Positions 42,705 through 50,351 of a stretch of 64,000 nucleotides of DNA are shown one piece after another. This DNA is from an uncultured delta proteobacterium (GTDB taxonomy: Bacteria; Myxococcota_A; Polyangia; Polyangiales; Polyangiaceae). The DNA is taken from contig CAWAIF010000003.1 of assembly GCA_963782055.1 (NCBI GenBank), forward strand, positions 4,000,001 through 4,064,000, read 5' to 3'. Below the pieces are notes generated by a model that was not told the origin of the DNA, did no database searches, and saw only the letters and a list, made by a program, of their open reading frames with translations. Every line of letters begins with the position of its first letter. The first letter of the stretch is position 1. Position numbers and translations under genes: made by a program.

Positions 42705-42752
42705 GAATTGCCCGGCAATTCGTGTCATTCTCGAGCTGGCACGCGGCGTGGA
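42705..42752 (+). promoter_or_regulatory. perfect palindrome plus possible sigma54 -24/-12 element
   Basis: GAATTGCC-C-GGCAATTC (42705-42721); TGGCACG-CGGC-GTGGA (42737-42752; -12 box imperfect). Confidence 0.4.
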
Positions 42753-42805
42753 TACGAACGGACCAAGCGAGCGTCCACGCTCGCGCCGGTGGAGGCAAGA
42801 GGACG

Positions 42806-43807
42806 ATGATGAGCTTTGGCGTTGTGTCACGTGCGACCGCGGTAGCGGCGGCCTTGCTGGGCATCAGCGTTCTCTCGTCGACCGAGGGCTGCGGCCCGGG
42901 CGACACCCGCTACTACTGCGACAATGCGGGCTGCTACAACTGCGACGGCTACGGCTGCAGGCCGGTCACGCCGCCCAGCCCGCAGGCGTGCACCGGCGAC
43001 ACGAGCTGCCCGCAGGGCCAGGTCTGCACCGTCACCGGCTGCGAGACGGTCTGCCAGGCCGACGCCGACTGTCCGCAGGGCACGGTGTGCAAGCAGAACC
43101 TCTGCGTCGCGCCGACGGGCAACCCGCCGGACAAGCAGCAGTGCACCACCAAGAGCGACTGCGGCGCCTCCGAGGAGTGCGTCAACAACACCTGCCAGGC
43201 GTGCGGCGGCACCAACGGCCCGTGCTCCTGCACCCAGGCGAGCGACTGCGGCAGCAACCAGGTGTGCTCCGGCGGCCTCTGCGAGGACAAGACGAACGTG
43301 TGCCAGTACTCGAGCGAGTGCGGGCAGGGCAGGGTGTGCGCCGACGGCCAGTGCCTCACCGACTGCAGCCAGGGCCAGACCTGCCCGAACGGCGCCAGCT
43401 GCCAGAAGGGCGTCTGCGAGCCGGTCAGCGGCAACCAGTGCCAGAGCAACGCCGACTGCTCCGGCGGCACGCCCAAGTGCGTGGACGGGAGCTGCGTCCC
43501 GGCGTGCACCGCCGACGCCGACTGCGGCGGCAACGGGCTGTACTGCGACCAGGGCGCCTGCGTGGTGGACAACCGCCCCAAGCCCAACTGCACCACCCAG
43601 GCCGAATGCTCGAGCAACCAGCAGTGCCTGGGCGGGTACTGCCGCTACACCTGCAGCGGCGACCAGGAGTGCAAGCTGATCGACGCGCGCATCGGCTACT
43701 GCGCGAAGGACGGCACCTGCCGCGATGCGCAGGAGGCGAACGCCGACTGCCTGCAGTCCTCCGACTGCACGCAGGGCCAGGTCTGCATCTCCAACCAGTG
43801 CAAGTAG
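42806..43807 (+). CDS. cysteine-rich repeat lipoprotein
   Basis: Hydrophobic leader ending TEGC; about 11 C-x5-C-x5-C-x4-C modules and about 51 Cys counted by hand. Confidence 0.85.
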   Translation: MMSFGVVSRATAVAAALLGISVLSSTEGCGPGDTRYYCDNAGCYNCDGYGCRPVTPPSPQACTGDTSCPQGQVCTVTGCETVCQADADCPQGTVCKQNLCVAPTGNPPDKQQCTTKSDCGASEECVNNTCQACGGTNGPCSCTQASDCGSNQVCSGGLCEDKTNVCQYSSECGQGRVCADGQCLTDCSQGQTCPNGASCQKGVCEPVSGNQCQSNADCSGGTPKCVDGSCVPACTADADCGGNGLYCDQGACVVDNRPKPNCTTQAECSSNQQCLGGYCRYTCSGDQECKLIDARIGYCAKDGTCRDAQEANADCLQSSDCTQGQVCISNQCK

Positions 43808-43812
43808 TGACG

Positions 43813-43861
43813 CTCACTCCTCCTCGCCTCTCCCTGAAGGGAGAGGTGGGTGGGGGGTGAG
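43813..43861. repeat. palindromic REP-like element overlapping the CDF 3' end
   Basis: CTCAC...CCTCTCCCT-GA-AGGGAGAGG...GTGAG. Confidence 0.65.
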
Positions 43862-44944
43862 GTCGAAGCGCGACCGCGGGGCGGCGCACGCCTCGCTGAC
43901 GCTCTCCACCTGCACGGTCACGTACTCGACGCGGTAGGTCGAACGGATCTTCTCGCAGAGCGTGGAGGAGAGGCTGGCGCCTCCAGGAGTGCCGTACGCA
44001 TGGTCGTCCTCGGCGTGGACGTGGACGATGATGGCGTCGTGACCGGCCCCCAGCGTCCAGACGTGCATGTCGTGAACGCCGACCACACCCGGGTGCGCCT
44101 CGATCACCTGCCGGATGCCGTGCACGTCCAGGTGGGGAGGCGCCGCTTCCAGCAGGACCAGCAGCGCGTCGCGGAGCAGGCGCACCGCGCCCGCCACCAG
44201 GATCACCGCCACCACCAGGCTGGCGATCGGGTCCGCCGCCGAGGGACCGCCGAGGCGCAGCACGACGGCGGCCACGAGCGCCGCGAGTGACCCGAGCACG
44301 TCGCCCAGCAGGTGGAGCGTCACCCCTCGGAGGTTGAGCTCGTGCCCCGCCCGCGTCTCGTGCGCGTGCGCGTGCCCGTGCCCGTGCTCATCATGCTCAT
44401 GCCCGTGGTCCCCATGCCCGTGCTCGTGAATCACCCCGTGCAGCAGCCAGGCGCTCACCCCGTTCACCACGAGCGCCGCCACCGCCACCCACAGCATGAT
44501 CCCCACCTCGGGGTGCAGGTGCCCGCGCAGCGCCGCGATCGCCCGCCGCACGATCTCCGCGGTGGCGACGAGCACGAGCACCGCGTTGAAGGTGGCCGCC
44601 ACCGGCTCCGCGCGCCGCAGGCCGAAGGTGAAGCGCGGCGTCGGCCGCCGCACCGCCACGCGCATGGCGACCAGGCTCATGCCGAGGGCGAAGACATCCA
44701 TCAGCAGGTGGATCGCGTCGGCGATCAGGACGTTGCTCCGCGCGACGAGCGCGCCGGCGAGCTCCACGACGAAGAAGCCCGCGACGAGCACCACGACCAC
44801 GCCGAGGCGCCGCGCCTGGCGTGCCTCCTCCGGCGTGAACTTTCCCTTCGGCCCGGGTCGCGGACGCGCCGACAGCAGCGCGCGCACCTCGTCGTGGTCG
44901 CGCGCGGGTTGGTGCTGCGGGACGCCTTCCTGGAGCATCGTCAC
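43814..44944 (-). CDS. cation diffusion facilitator (Zn/Co/Cd exporter, ZitB/CzcD-like)
   Basis: ADAIHLLMD, TFG..RAE, His-rich loop, NLRGVTLHLLGD and HDMHVW motifs. Confidence 0.92.
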   Translation of the reverse strand: MTMLQEGVPQHQPARDHDEVRALLSARPRPGPKGKFTPEEARQARRLGVVVVLVAGFFVVELAGALVARSNVLIADAIHLLMDVFALGMSLVAMRVAVRRPTPRFTFGLRRAEPVAATFNAVLVLVATAEIVRRAIAALRGHLHPEVGIMLWVAVAALVVNGVSAWLLHGVIHEHGHGDHGHEHDEHGHGHAHAHETRAGHELNLRGVTLHLLGDVLGSLAALVAAVVLRLGGPSAADPIASLVVAVILVAGAVRLLRDALLVLLEAAPPHLDVHGIRQVIEAHPGVVGVHDMHVWTLGAGHDAIIVHVHAEDDHAYGTPGGASLSSTLCEKIRSTYRVEYVTVQVESVSEACAAPRSRFDLTPHPPLPSGRGEEE

Positions 44945-46302
44945 ACGAGGACGTAGTCTTCGGCGACGCTCACCGTGGAGGTGGCGAGCACGCTCGACGT
45001 CTCCTCGTCCCGCTCGACCGCGAGCAGATACAGCCCCTGCAGGATGCCGGGATGGTCGCGGATGAGCGACAGGAAGTCTTCTCGCGGAAGATGCAAGGTG
45101 ACGGTGGGGTGGACCGCGACGACGTCGGCGTTGGCGCGGCGCCGGAGCACCAGCGCGACCTCACCCACCACGTCCCCAGGGCCCAGCGTGGAGATGACGA
45201 AGGGCTCGCCCCCCTCGTGGCCGATGATGGCCACCTCGCCGGAGGCGATGAGCTGCAGGCCGCTCGCCTCGTCGCCCTCGGCGATGAGCTTCTCGCCCTT
45301 CTCGAACACCTTGGTCTCGAACCGCTCGACCAGCACCGGGCGCTCCGCGGGGTCGACCGAGAGCAGCACCGGCGAGGTGCGCAGCAGGTTGGTGACCATC
45401 CGCCGCCGGCAGTGCGCGGCCAGCTCCACACCCACGTCGGGGCGCTTCTCCGCCACCGCCTCCAGCGCGTCCCGCCGGGCGACGAGCAGGATGGAGGAGT
45501 GGCGGGCCACCACGCTGGCGGCGCGCGGGGCGCGCGAGAGCAGCGCCATCTCGCCGAAGAGGGCGCCGTTGGTGAGCCGGGCGAGGGTGATGGGGACGTC
45601 GTCCTCGTCGCCGGCCTCCGGCATCCGCCGCACCTCCAGCTCGCCGCGCGCGACGATGTACGCCTCGGCGCCCTCCTCCCCCTGCGCGATCACCTCCTTG
45701 CCCGCGGGCACGGTGATCATCTCGAACGCCTCGATGAGGGCGCGCAGGCCGTCCTTCTCCAGCGCCGAGAAGAGCGGGAGCGGCGGGATGAGCGTGTCGG
45801 GGGTGTCCTCCTCCGCGCGGTACTTGGTGCGGGCCTCGTGGATGATCTGCGTCGCCTTGGAAAGGAGCGCGGGGCCGGTGAGGAAGCTGGAGAGGGGCTG
45901 GAACTTGGTGAAGGTGGGCAGCGGCGGCGGCGGCGGCGCCGTCTCGGTGAGGCGCTGGGAGTCGGCAGAGAAGGCCTCGGCCACGGCCTCGAAGTGCTCG
46001 GTCACGTCCACGCCCAGCTTGCGCAGGTCGGCGATGGCGGCGACGGCCAGCGGGAGGTTGCCGGCGTCGATGGCGCGCGAGAGGCCCAGCTTGAAGCCCT
46101 CGATCGCGGCCTCGGTGCGGTTGAAGTCGGCGAGGAGCCTGCAGGTCAGGATGAGCGCGCTCGGGACCGCGTCCTCCTGTTCCACCACGGCGGCGGACCA
46201 GCGCAGGGCCGCCTCTCGCTCCTCGGCGAGCATGAGCGAAAGCGCGCGATCGAGCGGAGAATCGGTCGTCGTCGAGCTTCCGGGAAGGTCGGGCGGCTGC
46301 AT
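44941..46302 (-). CDS. protein with two cyclic-nucleotide-binding domains
   Basis: FGEMALL..APRAASV and VGEVALV...RANADV motifs. Confidence 0.88.
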   Translation of the reverse strand: MQPPDLPGSSTTTDSPLDRALSLMLAEEREAALRWSAAVVEQEDAVPSALILTCRLLADFNRTEAAIEGFKLGLSRAIDAGNLPLAVAAIADLRKLGVDVTEHFEAVAEAFSADSQRLTETAPPPPPLPTFTKFQPLSSFLTGPALLSKATQIIHEARTKYRAEEDTPDTLIPPLPLFSALEKDGLRALIEAFEMITVPAGKEVIAQGEEGAEAYIVARGELEVRRMPEAGDEDDVPITLARLTNGALFGEMALLSRAPRAASVVARHSSILLVARRDALEAVAEKRPDVGVELAAHCRRRMVTNLLRTSPVLLSVDPAERPVLVERFETKVFEKGEKLIAEGDEASGLQLIASGEVAIIGHEGGEPFVISTLGPGDVVGEVALVLRRRANADVVAVHPTVTLHLPREDFLSLIRDHPGILQGLYLLAVERDEETSSVLATSTVSVAEDYVLV

Positions 46303-46351
46303 CGGCACCGGGCAGAATACAACAAAAGGCGGGCGCCACCCCGCGAAGCGG

Positions 46352-47417
46352 TCAATCGTCGCTGTCGGGCGGCAGGTCGGGCTTGGAGGGCGGGCCATCC
46401 ATCACGGCGCTCATCGCGTGGGCGGTCGCGGCCACCAGCGGCACCACCTTCGGGTAGTCCATGCGGGTGGGGCCGATCACGCCCACCGCCCCCGCGCGGT
46501 GGCCACGCTCGGTGTAGGCCGCCCCGATGATGGAGAGCTGACCACCTCCCAGACCACCGGCCTCCTGCCCGACCACCACGCTGGCCCCGCTGGCCGCGAT
46601 GGTCGCGTCGAGCAGGGCGATGAGCTGCTCACGCGCGTCCAGCGCGTTCATGAGGTGCTTGAGCCCCTCCGCCCCCTTGAACTCCGGCTGGTCGAAGAGC
46701 CGGCTCTGGCCCTCGATGACGAGCTGGTCCTCCGAAGGCCCCAGGCCGGAGAGCGCCTTCTCCCCGAGCTCGAAGGCGCGACGGCGCAGCTCGTCGTGCT
46801 GCACGCGGTCGCTCGCGAGGCGCCGCGCGAACAGATCGCGCAGCTCGCGCAGGGTGCGGCCGTCGATCACGTCGTCGAGCAGGTTGTGGATGCGCACCAG
46901 CTCCGACTCCGCCACCTGCGCGGAGAGGAAGCGGTTTTGCACCGCGCCGTTGGTCATCACCAGCACCGCGAGCACCTCCCCGTTGCCCAGCGGCATGAAG
47001 CGGAGGTGCCGCAGCGTGGAGACGTCGGCGCGCGGGCCCATGATGACCGCGGCGGTGCCGGTGAGCTCGGAGAGGAGCTTGCCCGTCTCGCGCATCATGT
47101 CCTTGCCCGGCTCGATCGCCTCCAGGTGGTCGCGGATGCGCGCGTGCTCCTCGCGGGAGAGCTGGCGGACGTGCATCAGCGCGTCGATGAAGAGGCGGAA
47201 GGCGCGGTCGGTCGGCACGCGGCCGGCGCTGGTGTGGGGCTGGGCGAGGTAGCCGAGCTCCTCCAGGTCGGAGAGCACGTTGCGGATGCTGGCGGGCGAG
47301 AGGTCGAGACCGTACTTCTTGGACAGGGTGCGCGAGCCGACCGGCTCCCCCGTCGCCACGAACTCGGAGATGACGGCGTAGAGGATTCTGGCGTGCGCGG
47401 CGGCTGAGCTCGCTCAT
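46352..47417 (-). CDS. hrcA: heat-inducible transcription repressor HrcA (+1 frameshift at ~47386)
   Basis: EPVGS, SPASIRN.L.DLE..GYL.QPHTSAGRVPT and GVIGPTRMDY motifs; removing one base gives MSELSRRARQILYAVISEFVATGEPVGS. Confidence 0.93.
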
Positions 47418-47466
47418 GGGATGGTCAAATTGTAGCCATTTCCCCGCGGGGCGGTACTCTGGTGGC

Positions 47467-48276
47467 ATGGCGGTCCGAAGCACCACCCGCCAGAGGGCGC
47501 TCATGGCAGGGCTCGCCGCGGTGGTCCTGGCCGCGCTGCCCGCGCACGCCCAGGCCCACGGCAAGTCGCACGGCAAGACGCACGGGAAGTCCAAGGCCGT
47601 GGCGATCCACCGCCCCGCGCACCACCACTCCAAGGTGGACTTCCCGGTGGACGGGGACACGACGCCCGCCATGCGCTACGCGCGGCTGGGCCGTGCCGCA
47701 TGCGAGACCGAGCTCGGCCGCAGGCACATCGCCTTCACCCGCGTGGCGGAGGCCAAGGGCGTGCTCGCGCCGGTGCGGCTGCACGGCCCCCTCCACGGCG
47801 TCAGCTACCACTCGATGCTCCCGCCACGGCAGCGCGCCACCTCGCCCTACGAGATCATGGATTGCCGTCTGGTGCTCGCGCTGGACGACTTCTCGGTCAT
47901 CCTGGCGAAGCACGACGTGGTCGAGGTGATCCACTACTCGGTCTACCGCCCGCCGGGCCGGCGCTGGCCGGCGGACAAGCTGGGCAAGCAGCACGACGGC
48001 GCGCTGGCGATCGACGCGGCCATCTTCAAGCGCAAGGACGGCTCGGCGCTGAAGGTGGAGCGGGACTTCCACGGGCGCATCGGGGCGCGCACGTGCGGCA
48101 AGGGCGCCGGCCCGTGGCCGCTCACCCCCGCGGCGACGGCGCTGCGGAGCATCGCCTGCGAGGCGGCGGACGCGCACCTGTTCCAGGTGGAGCTGACGCC
48201 GGATTACAACTGGCAGCACCGCAATCACTTCCACCTCGAGGTCACCCCGGGCGTCCGCTGGTTTCTGGTCCATTGA
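47467..48276 (+). CDS. extensin-like C-terminal domain protein (exported)
   Basis: MDCRLVLAL, HDGALAID, ELTPDYN..H.NHFHLE motifs; signal peptide. Confidence 0.8.
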   Translation: MAVRSTTRQRALMAGLAAVVLAALPAHAQAHGKSHGKTHGKSKAVAIHRPAHHHSKVDFPVDGDTTPAMRYARLGRAACETELGRRHIAFTRVAEAKGVLAPVRLHGPLHGVSYHSMLPPRQRATSPYEIMDCRLVLALDDFSVILAKHDVVEVIHYSVYRPPGRRWPADKLGKQHDGALAIDAAIFKRKDGSALKVERDFHGRIGARTCGKGAGPWPLTPAATALRSIACEAADAHLFQVELTPDYNWQHRNHFHLEVTPGVRWFLVH

Positions 48277-48281
48277 GAGGA

Positions 48282-48298
48282 CGTGAGCTCCGCTCACG
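48282..48298. terminator. hairpin between convergent genes
   Basis: CGTGAGC-TCC-GCTCACG. Confidence 0.35.
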
Positions 48299-48317
48299 CC
48301 CCCCCCGCCGCGACCCC

Positions 48318-49322
48318 TCACGCCCGCAGCCTCGCCAGCACCCCGCGAAAGTCCTCCGGGGGCTCCTCCTTCCACCGCATCTCCCGCTCCGTCGCCGGAT
48401 GCACGAACCCCAGCTCCGCCGCGTGGAGCATCATCCGCGGCGCCGGCAGCAGCGGCCCCGGGTACCGCCGGACGTACACCCGCTCCCCCAGGAGCGGATG
48501 CCCCGCTTCGCTCAGGTGGATGCGGATCTGGTGCGTGCGCCCCGTCTCCAGCGTGCACGCCACCAGGCTCGCCGCGACGCCCCCCTCCGAGAGCGCCTCC
48601 AGCGGCTCGATGTGCGTGACCGCGAGCTGCCCCGGGTGGTTCGCGCGTCGCCCGAGCTCCCGGGAGCCTCGCAGACCATCACCCCGGTCCTCCACCAGGT
48701 GCGTGCGGTAGGTCGTCGCGCGCACGTGCCCGTGCACCAGCGCGAGGTAGCGGCGATGCACCGTGTGGGCGCGGAACTGCGCGGCCAGCGACTTCTTCGC
48801 GAGCCAGGTGCGGGTGAAGACCACGAGGCCGCTCGTCTCCTTGTCGAGGCGGTGCACCACACCCAGCGGCGCCACGCCTCCCCGTCGATGGCCCTCCCGC
48901 ATCCGGCTGAGCAGGGTCCGCACCTGCTCGTCGAGGGTGTGACGCTCCGTCGTCACCCCGCTGGGCCCCTCGTACGGCACCGTGCTGATCCCCGCGGGCT
49001 TGCGGACCACGATCACGTGCGCGTCCACGTACACCACCGCCTCCCGCGGGAGAGCGCCCGCGGTGGCGGGCTTGCGGGCCCTCGGGTCCAGCGCGACCAG
49101 CGCGCCCTCCCTCACGCGGGTGGTTGCCTCCAGCGCCGGCGCGCCGTCCACCGTCACCTTCCCCGCGGCGATGGCGGCACGCGCGCGCCCCCAGGAGAGG
49201 CCGAAGAGCTCTCTCACCGCGGCGTCCAGCAGCGCCGGCGCCGTCGCGGGCTGCTCGCGCCGGTGGTCCGGCAGGGGGCCTGTCGCCTTCTGCGCGCCTT
49301 TTCCCGCCGAGTTCTTCACCAT
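48318..49322 (-). CDS. RluA/RluD-family RNA pseudouridine synthase
   Basis: S4-like N-terminus, KPAG, VHRLDKETSG, ETGRTHQIRIH and LHA motifs. Confidence 0.95.
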   Translation of the reverse strand: MVKNSAGKGAQKATGPLPDHRREQPATAPALLDAAVRELFGLSWGRARAAIAAGKVTVDGAPALEATTRVREGALVALDPRARKPATAGALPREAVVYVDAHVIVVRKPAGISTVPYEGPSGVTTERHTLDEQVRTLLSRMREGHRRGGVAPLGVVHRLDKETSGLVVFTRTWLAKKSLAAQFRAHTVHRRYLALVHGHVRATTYRTHLVEDRGDGLRGSRELGRRANHPGQLAVTHIEPLEALSEGGVAASLVACTLETGRTHQIRIHLSEAGHPLLGERVYVRRYPGPLLPAPRMMLHAAELGFVHPATEREMRWKEEPPEDFRGVLARLRA

Positions 49323-49416
49323 TGCGCGAATGTCGCGTACGCTAGCACCGCTATCTGGGTTGCCGCTCACCGCTTTCGATCGGCCCGCACGGCGGGTCGT
49401 CCGAGGAGACAGGCCA

Positions 49417-50295
49417 GTGTCGAAGAATCTGCTCGCCGTCGATGACAGCGCCACCATGCGAAGGGTCCTGGAGATCACCTTCAGCGGGGAGGACTTCAAC
49501 GTCATCTCCGCGGGGGATCAGGCCGGGGCGCTCGCCAAGCTGGGGGAGAACCCCGCGGTCGTCGTGATCGACACCATGCTCGGGGACGAGGACGGCTATG
49601 CCCTCTGCAAGGAGGTGCGCTCCCGCTCGCCCCACGCCGCGATCGTGCTGCTGTCCAGCCGTTACAACCCCTACGACCAGGCGAAGGGCCGGGACGCGGG
49701 GGCGGACGAGTACATGGATAAGCCCTTCGATACGCAGCAGCTCATCGACAAGGTGCGCAAGGTGCTGATCAGCAAGGAGGGGGCCGCGGCCGCCGCGCCG
49801 CCGCCCGCCGCCTCGCCCGCCCCGCCCATCGCCACCGCGCCCTCCCCGCAGCCGGCGCCCGTCGCCGCGCGCCCCGCGCCGCCGCCCCCCGCGGCGCCGC
49901 AGCCGCCCAAGTTCCAGCCCGGGCCGATGCCGCAGCGCTCCGGCACCCTGATGTTCTCGGTGGACGGGCCACCGGTGCCCGCGCCCGGCTCGCAGAACAC
50001 CGCGGAGACCGCCGCCCCGCCGCCGCCGCCGGTCGCCGCCCGTCCGGCGCCGCCTCCGCCCGCCCCTGCGGCGCCCAAGCCCGCGCCGGCCGCCGCGCCC
50101 GCGCCCGGCGCGGCCGCCGCGGCCCAGGTCAACGGCCAGCTCGGCCCCAAGCTCGCCGAGATGGGTCTGACCCCCGCTCAGGTGGAGGGCGTGCTCGCCC
50201 TCTCGCGCGAGGTGGTGGAGCAGGTGGTGTGGGAGGTCGTCCCGCAGCTCGCCGAGACGATCATCAAGGAAGAGATCGCCCGCCTCACGAAGTAA
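49417..50295 (+). CDS. romR: RomR-like polarity response regulator
   Basis: Receiver domain, Pro/Ala linker and C-terminal EVVEQVVWEVVPQLAETIIKEE; immediately upstream of valS. Confidence 0.85.
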   Translation: MSKNLLAVDDSATMRRVLEITFSGEDFNVISAGDQAGALAKLGENPAVVVIDTMLGDEDGYALCKEVRSRSPHAAIVLLSSRYNPYDQAKGRDAGADEYMDKPFDTQQLIDKVRKVLISKEGAAAAAPPPAASPAPPIATAPSPQPAPVAARPAPPPPAAPQPPKFQPGPMPQRSGTLMFSVDGPPVPAPGSQNTAETAAPPPPPVAARPAPPPPAPAAPKPAPAAAPAPGAAAAAQVNGQLGPKLAEMGLTPAQVEGVLALSREVVEQVVWEVVPQLAETIIKEEIARLTK

Positions 50296-50351
50296 GCGCG
50301 CGGAGGTCACAGCGTCCACAGACGGGCGTCTGTCATGCTATGGCCGCACGC

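Noticed and set aside
42420..42805. tRNA or riboswitch in the longest intergenic gap
   Set aside because: I recognised no cloverleaf, TTCGA T-loop or known aptamer consensus; an Rfam scan would be needed to exclude it fully
44340..44430. Short tandem repeats in the CDF gene
   Set aside because: They encode the ordinary His-rich loop of zinc CDF transporters
47418..47466. CIRCE operator upstream of hrcA
   Set aside because: No TTAGCACTC-N9-GAGTGCTAA is present; the TTAGCAC at about 7574 is only a half site and fits better as the reverse-strand -10 region of queD
49780..50125. GC-rich direct repeats as a possible CRISPR or tandem array
   Set aside because: They encode the Pro/Ala linker of RomR (PVAARPAPPPPA twice) and show no repeat-spacer pattern or cas genes
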